32,000 nt of DNA from Candidatus Nanosynbacter lyticus (lineage in GTDB: Bacteria; Patescibacteriota; Saccharimonadia; Saccharimonadales; Saccharimonadaceae), in NCBI RefSeq assembly GCF_000803625.1, contig NZ_CP007496.1, positions 630,001 to 662,000 on the forward strand, read 5' to 3'. Positions 1 to 8,200 of this stretch are shown piece by piece. The position numbers and the translations under genes are program-made. Under the pieces are notes generated by a model. It saw nothing but the letters and a program-made list of their open reading frames with translations, ran no database searches and was not told where the DNA came from. Within the stretch, counting starts at the first letter, position 1. Each line of letters starts with the position of its first letter.

Positions 1-857
1 GTAATTACTGGATATGCCCAAGGCTCCCCCTGAAACGGCAAGGCAATATTCATTCCATACATACCATAAAAGACATTCGGAATTGCCAGCAAAATAGTAA
101 TAGCTGTTAAAACTTTCATCCGCTGATTCAAAGTATTATTAGCCACGGTCGAATAGGCATTTTGAATACTTGATATGGTGTGTGCACTGGAGCTAATTGC
201 TACTAAAATCTGCTTGATATGTAAATCAATATCCGCCAGCGCTTCTAAATCTCGTGTTTTAAACAAATGACGGCGATTCTCCATCAGTTGCGCAATAACA
301 TGAGATATTCCCTCCAGGCTGCTTTGATACTCATTAAGTGTATCTTCAATTGCTACAAATTTAATAAAATCAGCATTCTCCACCTCGCGACGACTTAGAC
401 GCCGCCGAGCATCAGCAATCTTCTCCGTTAACAAATGCACACGTTGTTCGTATTGAGCAATAATATATGCTAGATTTGCAGCAAAAATTCCCGCTGGCCG
501 CTCAGTGGTGCTAAATAAATAATCACTAATTTCTAGAGGCGAGAATTTAGCATACGGCGATATTGTAATATAATGACCGCCCGAAATCGCAATTAAAAAT
601 GGCACCGTTTTGCCAGAATCAGTTCTCCCAAACGGCATGCGCGTAAAGACATATTCAACACCATCAGAGAATTCTGCTCGAGGAAGTTCATGAATATCAA
701 GCACATCACGCACTACATTCGTAGACAGCGATAAAGCCTTAGATACACGAACAGCATCAAAACTACCGCCCAAGTGAATCCAGCCATTTTTATGCATTCG
801 ATTAACTTGCGTCAGCTTCTCGGTCAGTGATCTGCGCTCAAAATAACCCACCACCAT
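1..857 (-). CDS. corA: CorA-family Mg2+/Co2+ transporter; C-terminus cut by the window edge
   Basis: My own translation of the minus strand from ATG 857 gives MVVGYFERRSLTEKLTQVNRMHKNGWIHLGG... It stays open to base 1 and ends ...VFYGMYGMNIALPFQGEPWAYPVI, which carries the YGMN CorA signature loop. It is missing from the ORF track because it has no stop inside the window. TATAAT (864-869, minus) lies 6 nt upstream of the ATG. Confidence 0.8.
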   Translation of the reverse strand, partial: MVVGYFERRSLTEKLTQVNRMHKNGWIHLGGSFDAVRVSKALSLSTNVVRDVLDIHELPRAEFSDGVEYVFTRMPFGRTDSGKTVPFLIAISGGHYITISPYAKFSPLEISDYLFSTTERPAGIFAANLAYIIAQYEQRVHLLTEKIADARRRLSRREVENADFIKFVAIEDTLNEYQSSLEGISHVIAQLMENRRHLFKTRDLEALADIDLHIKQILVAISSSAHTISSIQNAYSTVANNTLNQRMKVLTAITILLAIPNVFYGMYGMNIALPFQGEPWAYPVI

Positions 858-863
858 GAAAAA

Positions 864-869
864 ATTATA
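864..869 (-). promoter_or_regulatory. -10 box (TATAAT) 6 nt upstream of the corA-1 ATG; probable leaderless promoter
   Basis: The minus strand reads GTATATTATAATTTTTTCATG. There is no SD-like purine run between the box and the ATG. Confidence 0.45.
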
Positions 870-916
870 ATATACATAAGCTATATTAGCAATTTAGACT
901 CGAGGTGACGCCCGCG

Positions 917-1831
917 CTACCTACGCCTTAAGAAATAATATCCCACAACAACAGCCAGAGCCATACTAATTGCGGCAATAATCCAAAACATCACTGGATT
1001 ATCAGCTCCTGGAACTGGCACGTTCATGCCGTATAAGCCAGCAATCATCATCGGGATAGTCAAAGCTACCGTAATTACCGTTAGAAGACGAATCGTCTCA
1101 TTAAGTCGCGTGTCCATCACTGCTCGGTAGCTATCGCGAACATTTGTAATAGTCCTCAATAAACTTTTACATCGCGCAATTACCTGCTCTAAATCAATCG
1201 AAATATCTTCAACATCTTCCTTATCATCTTCCTTCAGACGCAGTTTTTGGGTTGCTAAAAGGCGCTCGATTGCCCAGTTCATCGGAATGAGAGCGTCTAA
1301 ATAATCGTTCAATTTGCGTTCATATTCAGCCAACGTCGCAATATCATTAACTCTCAATGTATGAATATTATCCGTAGCAGCACGCATTTGACGGTTAATC
1401 GTTGCCACCCGCCTCTGGTATTGAGTTGAAATTGCTTCAACCATAGTAACCAGAAGTTCAATTTGCCGATCAGTTCTAATTCGCGTCTTATCAATAAATG
1501 GCTGCCATAAACGCCCCAAGCTATCCCGCGATAATGTCACAAGATAATCTTTATTCAGACAAAATAATATTGGCGTGGTAAAATCATTAAAATCATCATC
1601 TGTATCTGGTAGACGGGCAATTAGATACGTCCAGTCATTATCAAATTCAATACGCGGCACCTCGTGTGGATCAAGCGCATCACTAATTAAATCCTCGTCC
1701 AGACCTAACGTCAATAGCTGAGCCACCTCCTCATCGCTCGGACGCTCACAGCGCACCCAAGAACCTGTACGCAATTTTTCTTGCGTACTAATCACCGAGT
1801 CGTTACTTGACGAGCGAAGATACTGTAACAT
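917..1831 (-). CDS. corA: CorA-family Mg2+/Co2+ transporter, second tandem paralog
   Basis: The C-terminus reads ...MMIAGLYGMNVPVPG..., with the GMN motif between two hydrophobic helices, and length is typical (~305 aa). I prefer ATG 1831 (MLQYLRSS...) over the track start at 1867, because the arcC terminator hairpin and a TATAAT box (1841-1846, minus) lie inside the 1832-1867 extension. Confidence 0.85.
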   Translation of the reverse strand: MLQYLRSSSNDSVISTQEKLRTGSWVRCERPSDEEVAQLLTLGLDEDLISDALDPHEVPRIEFDNDWTYLIARLPDTDDDFNDFTTPILFCLNKDYLVTLSRDSLGRLWQPFIDKTRIRTDRQIELLVTMVEAISTQYQRRVATINRQMRAATDNIHTLRVNDIATLAEYERKLNDYLDALIPMNWAIERLLATQKLRLKEDDKEDVEDISIDLEQVIARCKSLLRTITNVRDSYRAVMDTRLNETIRLLTVITVALTIPMMIAGLYGMNVPVPGADNPVMFWIIAAISMALAVVVGYYFLRRR

Positions 1832-1863
1832 AATTTCTATATTATAAAATAAAATATCTATAA

Positions 1864-1903
1864 ACACAAGAAAACCTGCCCTATCGACAGGAATTTCTTG
1901 TGT
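1864..1903 (-). terminator. Rho-independent terminator downstream of arcC (end of the ADI operon)
   Basis: Minus-strand RNA: ACACAAGAAAUUCCUG-UCGAUAGGG-CAGGUUUUCUUGUGU, followed by the U-rich tract UUUAUAGAUAUUUUAUUUU. The stem has 10 bp plus 4 bp around a small bulge, and it starts 7 nt after the arcC stop. Confidence 0.5.
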
Positions 1904-1909
1904 GCATTA

Positions 1910-2860
1910 TTACGATTTAATTATCGTTCCAGCTGAGCCGTTGATTGCTTCAGCAGTTTTATCTAACGAGGTAATAATTGACGTGCGGCCCGGCTTGCCA
2001 GCTAAGAACGCCAGCGCCGCCTGGACTTTTGGTAGCATTGAACCTGCCGCAAACTGACCGCCATCAATGTGTTTTTGAAGCTCGTCCACTGAGACCTCAC
2101 CCAGAGATTGTTCATCTGGCTTACCAAAATTAATCTTAGCGGCGTCAACCGAAGTCAGAATTAACAATGTATCAGCTTCTAAAAGATCGGCTAATTTTGC
2201 TGCTCCAAAATCCTTATCAATAACCGCTGCGACACCTTTTAATTGACCAGTTTCATCCTGCAAAACAGGAATACCACCGCCACCAGTTGATACTACCGTA
2301 ACTCCAGCATGGACTAGCGCTTTAATTACGTCGGCCTCAACAATCGTCTGAGGTTTTGGTGAAGGCACAACTCGTCGCCAACCACGACCAGCATCTTCTT
2401 TCACCGTATAGCCCCGCTCACTAGCGACAGTTTTAGCTTCCTCTTCCGAATAAAACGGACCAATTGGCTTAGTCGGATTTTGAAAAGCTGGATCGCTTAA
2501 GTCAACAATTGTCTGCGTCACCACGCTGATAGCGCGATTATTCATTTGATTAACCTTAAAGGCATCATGCAGAGCTTGCTGCAGCCAGAAACCAATCAAA
2601 CCCTGACTCATAGCGCCAGAATCCTCCAGAGGTAAGCTTGGCACGTCGGCCGTGTTAATCGCCTCTTCATGTAAGACGATATTGCCAACTTGCGGCCCAT
2701 TGCCATGGACAATCGCTACATTATGACCAGCTTGAATCAGTGGTAAAAGTTGGCGAACTGTCTCATCAGCCACACGCTGTTGCTGCTCAGACGCGGCTTC
2801 GCCCTGCCGTTGCAGGGCGTTACCACCGAGCGCTACTACAATAGTACGCTTCTTATCCAT
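1910..2860 (-). CDS. arcC: Carbamate kinase
   Basis: 316 aa. The N-terminus IVVALGGNAL and the VAIVHGNGPQVG motif mark the amino-acid kinase / carbamate kinase family. It is the last gene of the ADI cluster. Confidence 0.95.
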   Translation of the reverse strand: MDKKRTIVVALGGNALQRQGEAASEQQQRVADETVRQLLPLIQAGHNVAIVHGNGPQVGNIVLHEEAINTADVPSLPLEDSGAMSQGLIGFWLQQALHDAFKVNQMNNRAISVVTQTIVDLSDPAFQNPTKPIGPFYSEEEAKTVASERGYTVKEDAGRGWRRVVPSPKPQTIVEADVIKALVHAGVTVVSTGGGGIPVLQDETGQLKGVAAVIDKDFGAAKLADLLEADTLLILTSVDAAKINFGKPDEQSLGEVSVDELQKHIDGGQFAAGSMLPKVQAALAFLAGKPGRTSIITSLDKTAEAINGSAGTIIKS

Positions 2861-2863
2861 GTG

Positions 2864-4408
2864 TTACAGCGCTCCAAAGATTGCAATAACTACAAGGCTA
2901 ATGACGGCAAATACTGCCATGATTGGAGCTGACCGCTTAATCCAGTCGCGATATGAAACGCCAGCCAGTGCCAAACCGCCCATCAATGAAGCAATAGTTG
3001 GTGCCATCATATTGATGAGGCCTGATGCCGTAGCAAAAGCAGCGACCATGACCTCTTTGCTTGAGCCAACCAGGTCGGCAATTGGTGCAATAACCGGCAT
3101 GGTTGCTGCTGCCAAACCTGATGATGATGGTACGATGAATGACATTGGCAAGTAGAACAGATACGCCAACACACCAACAACGCCACCGCCAGCATCTTTC
3201 AGGAGCGATTCACCCCAGCTGATGATAGTATCTTGGATTTCACCGTTAGTCATCACAACAGAAACACCGGTTGCCACTGCAATAATCAAAGCAACTGGCA
3301 AGATATCTTTCACACCATCAATGAAGGTGTCAACTGGGAAAATACCCTCCTTCTTAAACTCTTTATAGTAAATTGCGGTTATTACAATAGTTGATATCAA
3401 GAACAGTGTAGTGATTTCGCCAAACAGCCATTCACCAAAGGCGGCACTATGGACCACACCGAGCGCTGCACCGATAACTGGTAAATCTGAAGCTCTCTTA
3501 AACACGTCGTCAAAGAAAGTAATTTCCCAGCTCCCCCAAGGAATCAGCGAAAGAACCATCAAGATAAATGTGATAGCGAATACGCCCATGACAACTTTTC
3601 GTGGGGTAGTTAGTTTTGGTATATTTTCCATATCTAGAGCAGCCGTAGCTGGCTTATAACGAACATCTTCCTTATATTTGCCAGCCTTCACTTTTGCAGC
3701 GTAGCGCATAGTGAAGATAATTGCCGCAATCAGACACAGTACTAAAATGATCGACATAATTGGAATTACATTACCTAGCTTTATGTCTGCTGTTGCGGCT
3801 GCAGCGCCAGTAGAGAATGGGTTAATGGTTGAACCGAGCACACCCGTACCGGCGCCAAGCACAATCACCATCACGCCAGTCATTGCATTGTAGCCAGCAG
3901 CAATCATCATCGGTATAACTAGTGCGTAAAACGCCACAGTTTCTTCCTGCATACCGTAAGTTGTACCACCGATAGCAAACAGCGTCATTAAAATTGGAAT
4001 GAGCCACTTTTCCTTGCCCTTCATCTTACGAAGGAGCGCACCGAGTGAAGCATCCAGGGCGCCAGTCTTCATAGTAACACCCAAGAATCCACCAAGCACC
4101 ATGACGAAAACTATCACATCAAGCTTATTCGTCATACCTTTAATCGGCGCGGTGAAGACGTCCCACAAACCTTGTCGGTCATGCTTATCGACTTCAGTCT
4201 CTTTACCATCCTTCTTTTCCTTGACGGTGCGGTCTTTCTCAACCACATGATACGATCCCGCAACACGGCTACCATCGTTATCAGTCTTATAGACGCCTGA
4301 CGGAATAATCCATGTCAACGCTGCCATGATTGCGATCACGACAAATAAAATCGTAAAAGCCGACGGCGATCGAAGCTTCTGCTTTGCTTTTTTAATTTTT
4401 TCTACCAT
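2864..4408 (-). CDS. YfcC / DcuC-like (C4-dicarboxylate anaerobic carrier family) membrane transporter; putative arginine/ornithine antiporter of the ADI operon
   Basis: 514 aa and polytopic. The N-terminus PSAFTILFVVIAIMAALTWIIPSGVY is typical of YfcC-family proteins. It sits between arcB and arcC. Tandem AAGGAGG SD motifs lie upstream at 4419-4434. Confidence 0.8.
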   Translation of the reverse strand: MVEKIKKAKQKLRSPSAFTILFVVIAIMAALTWIIPSGVYKTDNDGSRVAGSYHVVEKDRTVKEKKDGKETEVDKHDRQGLWDVFTAPIKGMTNKLDVIVFVMVLGGFLGVTMKTGALDASLGALLRKMKGKEKWLIPILMTLFAIGGTTYGMQEETVAFYALVIPMMIAAGYNAMTGVMVIVLGAGTGVLGSTINPFSTGAAAATADIKLGNVIPIMSIILVLCLIAAIIFTMRYAAKVKAGKYKEDVRYKPATAALDMENIPKLTTPRKVVMGVFAITFILMVLSLIPWGSWEITFFDDVFKRASDLPVIGAALGVVHSAAFGEWLFGEITTLFLISTIVITAIYYKEFKKEGIFPVDTFIDGVKDILPVALIIAVATGVSVVMTNGEIQDTIISWGESLLKDAGGGVVGVLAYLFYLPMSFIVPSSSGLAAATMPVIAPIADLVGSSKEVMVAAFATASGLINMMAPTIASLMGGLALAGVSYRDWIKRSAPIMAVFAVISLVVIAIFGAL

Positions 4409-4447
4409 TGCCTCGGAGCCTCCTTAACCTCCTTATTACGACAACAA

Positions 4448-5437
4448 CTACAATGTTAAAGCCATAACAGCTTTAATTGTATGCATACGATTTTCCGCTT
4501 GATCAAATACTATCGAATGCGGCGAGCGGAACACCTCATCCGTAACTTCCATAGAATCTAGACCAAAATCTTCCTGAACCTTCTTGCCGGTAATCGTCAA
4601 TGCGTCGTGGAATGCTGGCAAACAGTGCATGAACTTAACTTCAGGATTTCCCGTCAGGTTAATCATGTCACGATTGACCTGGAAGTGGCGCAATTGATTG
4701 ATACGCTCAGCAAACTTATCCTCCTCGCCCATTGAAACCCAAACATCGGTGTAAATCACGTCAGCACCACGCAAGGCTTCTTCGAAGTTGTCGGTAATGG
4801 TAATACGCGCATGACTTGACCTGGCGAAGTGGCGAGCCTTGTCAACAAGAGCTTGCTCCGGATGTAGTTCACGAGGCGCCAAAATACGGAAATCAAGACC
4901 CATAATTGCCGATCCAATCATCAGGGAATTTGCCATATTATTACGGCCATCACCCACAAACACTAATTTGGTGCCTTTGAGCTTACCAACATGCTCCTCA
5001 ATAGTCATGAAATCAGCCAAAATCTGTGTTGGATGGAATTTATCGGTCAAGCCGTTCCATACCGGCACGCCTGCATGCTTCGCCAAATCTTCCACCGTTT
5101 TATGATCAAAACCGCGAAACTCAATACCGTCAAACATCCGACCCAGTACCTTAGCCGTATCTTCGACTGTTTCTTTTTTACCGAGCTGAATGTCATCTTT
5201 ACCAAGATATTCTGGCGCAATGCCCAAATCATTAGCCGCCACCGTAAAAGCGCAGCGTGTCCTGGTCGAGGTTTTTTCAAATAGCAATGCCACATTTTTG
5301 CCTTCGTGAATTCGATGTGATACACCAGCATACTTTAATCGACGATACTCACGCGCCGTATCTAAAAGTAGGCGGATTTCTTCTGCTGTATAGTCACCTA
5401 AGGTTAAAAGTGACCGACCTTTCAAACTCTGAGCCAT
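4448..5437 (-). CDS. arcB: Ornithine carbamoyltransferase (catabolic, by its ADI context)
   Basis: 329 aa. It has the STRTR carbamoyl-phosphate motif ([12 protein letters not shown]), HPTQ, and HCLPAFH. Its start overlaps the arcA stop (TAATG). Confidence 0.93.
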   Translation of the reverse strand: MAQSLKGRSLLTLGDYTAEEIRLLLDTAREYRRLKYAGVSHRIHEGKNVALLFEKTSTRTRCAFTVAANDLGIAPEYLGKDDIQLGKKETVEDTAKVLGRMFDGIEFRGFDHKTVEDLAKHAGVPVWNGLTDKFHPTQILADFMTIEEHVGKLKGTKLVFVGDGRNNMANSLMIGSAIMGLDFRILAPRELHPEQALVDKARHFARSSHARITITDNFEEALRGADVIYTDVWVSMGEEDKFAERINQLRHFQVNRDMINLTGNPEVKFMHCLPAFHDALTITGKKVQEDFGLDSMEVTDEVFRSPHSIVFDQAENRMHTIKAVMALTL

Positions 5438-6675
5438 TAAAATACATCCTCTCTCACTAGCGGCATACTCATACAGCGTGGACCGCCACGACCACGACCA
5501 AGCTCAGCACCAGCAACTTCAATAACTTGAATGCCCTGCTCGCGCAACTTTTGGTTAGTAACGTAGTTGCGATCATACGTTACCACCACTCCCGGTGCAA
5601 TTGCCAAAGTGTTGGAGCCGTCATTCCACTGCTCACGAGCAGCCGCGATTGGATCACCACCGCCACATTCAATTAACGTAACGCTCGGCAGACCCAACGC
5701 TACTCGCAAAACATGCTCAAGGTCTGTCTCATGTGTAATGCGCGGGAACGGCTGACCTTCAACCTTCTCCAAAACGAAGCAGTTCATCTTACCACCACGG
5801 TCGCGAATTTCTGGGTGAATTGTAAACTTGTCTCGATCAATCATCGTAAATACCGTATCCAAGTGCATGAAGGCGTGCGACTTCGGAATTTCCATAGCAA
5901 TGACCTTCTTAAAGTTAGAGCCAGCAAACAGCTTGGTTGCCATTTTTTCGATTGCTTCAGCCGTAGTACGCTCTGACACACCGATCGCCATTACCTTGTC
6001 ACTCAGCACCAACTCATCACCACCTTCAATTGAGAATTTCTCGGTGCGGTTATACCAAACTGGCACGCGATTCGCGAAGCGTGGATGATGGTCGATGATA
6101 TAACGCATAAACAGCGATTCACGACGACGAGCCGTCCAGTGCATCTTGTTGACTGTCAGACCATTACCAATAGCGGCAGCTGGGTCACGCGTAAAGTACA
6201 AATTTGGCATTGGGTCAAGATAAAACGGATAATGGTTCTTCTCAATCATATTATGAAGCTGCTGATGCTGATCTGGAGGAAGAGTAATTTCATCCTTACG
6301 CACACCAGCCATAATCTTGCGGATCATCGCGTGAGTTGGCAGGTCCAGCAAGAATTGACGCAAAGTTTGAGTTACGCGGCGTGAATCCTGCTTAGAAGCA
6401 GCCAGCATTTCATCGACAAATTGTTCGCGCAATTGATCCGTACTGAGAGCTTCTGCTACCAATTGATCTAGATATAGCACTTCAACTCCATGATTTCTCA
6501 ACACTTCCGCAAAAGCATCATGCTCAGCTTGTGCCACCTTCAGATATGGAATATCGTCAAATAAAAGATCGGTCAGATAATCTGGCGTCAAATTCTCCAG
6601 CTCTTCACCTGGCCTATGCAACAAAACGGTCTTAAGTTTTCCTATTTCAGACGTGATGTGAATTGGTTCGTCCAT
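5437..6675 (-). CDS. arcA: Arginine deiminase
   Basis: About 412 aa with family-typical length. The C-terminus [15 protein letters not shown] holds the catalytic Cys region. The ATG at 6675 has GGGGAGGG about 6 nt upstream; the track begins one codon earlier at a GTG. Confidence 0.95.
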   Translation of the reverse strand: MDEPIHITSEIGKLKTVLLHRPGEELENLTPDYLTDLLFDDIPYLKVAQAEHDAFAEVLRNHGVEVLYLDQLVAEALSTDQLREQFVDEMLAASKQDSRRVTQTLRQFLLDLPTHAMIRKIMAGVRKDEITLPPDQHQQLHNMIEKNHYPFYLDPMPNLYFTRDPAAAIGNGLTVNKMHWTARRRESLFMRYIIDHHPRFANRVPVWYNRTEKFSIEGGDELVLSDKVMAIGVSERTTAEAIEKMATKLFAGSNFKKVIAMEIPKSHAFMHLDTVFTMIDRDKFTIHPEIRDRGGKMNCFVLEKVEGQPFPRITHETDLEHVLRVALGLPSVTLIECGGGDPIAAAREQWNDGSNTLAIAPGVVVTYDRNYVTNQKLREQGIQVIEVAGAELGRGRGGPRCMSMPLVREDVF

Positions 6676-6722
6676 CACAACCCTCCCCTGTTTATATTAC
6701 TAATGTTTTAATTGTAACACGT

Positions 6723-7355
6723 TTATGTTTTTGGGCAAGAGTAGATAATTGCCAGACTGGCTTCAATTCTTATCGTAAATTGTTGGTTATTTTTTAGCCA
6801 CTCATCAACCGCTCGTGCGGCGCCCGGCAACGCTTCATTGGCATAGTCGTCAACCACAATCGTTGCTTTTTTATGAAACTTACCGTCGCACATGCGGAAT
6901 GAATCGGCAATTGACTCATAAAAATCACCGTCAAAAAATGCAAAAATAATATCTTCCGGCACGTCATTAGGAGAAAAATCAGCAAACCAACCTTTGTGAA
7001 TGATTGGCAGTTTCAAGCCAGCCTTTTTGAAATTCTGAATGAAGGTTTTGCGTGGCGCGAGCAGCTCGCCGGCTTTGAACTGCTCACCCGCAGCGCTGGC
7101 GTCGGCTTGGGTTTTTTCTGGCAAGCCCATAAACGAATCGTAAACATGAAACTCACCCTTAAAATCATAAGCGTCCAGCAGCCGCCGCATGAACAAACTC
7201 GTCGTGCCGACATAACAGCCAAACTCGACGATGTTACCAGTCACACCGCTTTGCAACAACTTTTCCAGTTCTCGCAGCAAGGTGCCAAGCTCTTTGGCGT
7301 CAACTTGGTCGGAGATAATGGGGTATTTGGCGAGGAGATAGTTGGTGATATTCAT
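6723..7355 (-). CDS. Class I SAM-dependent methyltransferase, TylF/MycF (macrocin-O-methyltransferase)-like
   Basis: It contains NIVEFGCYVGTTSLFM (SAM-binding loop) and FFDGDFYES, both typical of the TylF family. I prefer the start at ATG 7355 (MNITNYLL...) because TATAAT (7362-7367, minus) lies exactly 6 nt upstream and inside the longer ORF. Confidence 0.7.
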   Translation of the reverse strand: MNITNYLLAKYPIISDQVDAKELGTLLRELEKLLQSGVTGNIVEFGCYVGTTSLFMRRLLDAYDFKGEFHVYDSFMGLPEKTQADASAAGEQFKAGELLAPRKTFIQNFKKAGLKLPIIHKGWFADFSPNDVPEDIIFAFFDGDFYESIADSFRMCDGKFHKKATIVVDDYANEALPGAARAVDEWLKNNQQFTIRIEASLAIIYSCPKT

Positions 7356-7361
7356 AAAAAT

Positions 7362-7367
7362 ATTATA
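7362..7367 (-). promoter_or_regulatory. -10 box 6 nt upstream of the methyltransferase ATG; probable leaderless promoter
   Basis: The minus strand reads TGCTTATAATATTTTTATG. Confidence 0.4.
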
Positions 7368-7452
7368 AGCAGACCACAAACTATCAGCAAATCATAGACG
7401 CTATGCTCTTGTGTATTTATGATTTCATCAGGTAAACTCTCAAATAGCATAT

Positions 7453-8193
7453 ATGAACAATCACGACATTATCAAAACATTTTTACCGAAACAATTAGAC
7501 ATAAAGCACCTCGATCTCCTGCAGCCCGCCCTACAAAAGTCAAACCTAATTGTTTATGGCGAAATTCACGGTATTAAAGAAAATGCCGATATCGTCTATA
7601 CCTTGGTTAAAAAAACTTGCATACAACGATTGGCCATTGAAGCTAGCCCTACTGTGTTTGACTTCATCAATTCAGTAAAGATCAATTCTTATGATTTTTC
7701 CTTAGTTGATGAAGACCTTTTTGACTCAAGCATTCTATCTCTTGAAATGATAAAAGCAATAGCAATTCTTCTACAGCAAAATCAACTTAAAGAGCTCGTT
7801 TTTATTGATACATTTTTTGACAATTTAGATGAGGACGCCGTCATACCACCAAGCCCGCAGGAACGAGAAAAACAACTAGCTAAAAATATCCTCGGAATTG
7901 ACGACTCTCTATCAACATTATGTATTATGGGACAATGGCATACGCAGCCCAAAGTTGTTACAGATGACGAAACACGACATGAATCAGCGTTATATCGCTT
8001 GAGAAAAACAAAACCAAATGTACAGTTTATTCACAATATCTATCGACAAGGGCAACTATTTAATGATGGAAAGATAATTGAATTACCAGATAATCAAGCC
8101 ATACCGTCTTGTTACGAAATTGTCCAGAAAACTGATATTGATTTTGAGCTACACATACCAGAAGCTACGAGAATATCGCTATGCAAAAAATAG
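7453..8193 (+). CDS. Hypothetical protein; weak resemblance to the ChaN / erythromycin-esterase / Tiki superfamily
   Basis: A 246-aa ORF in a visibly AT-rich stretch. It has VYGEIHGIKEN near the N-terminus and a later MGQWHT, which resemble the GExH...H motifs of that superfamily. No search was possible. Confidence 0.5.
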   Translation: MNNHDIIKTFLPKQLDIKHLDLLQPALQKSNLIVYGEIHGIKENADIVYTLVKKTCIQRLAIEASPTVFDFINSVKINSYDFSLVDEDLFDSSILSLEMIKAIAILLQQNQLKELVFIDTFFDNLDEDAVIPPSPQEREKQLAKNILGIDDSLSTLCIMGQWHTQPKVVTDDETRHESALYRLRKTKPNVQFIHNIYRQGQLFNDGKIIELPDNQAIPSCYEIVQKTDIDFELHIPEATRISLCKK

Positions 8194-8200
8194 CGAACGT

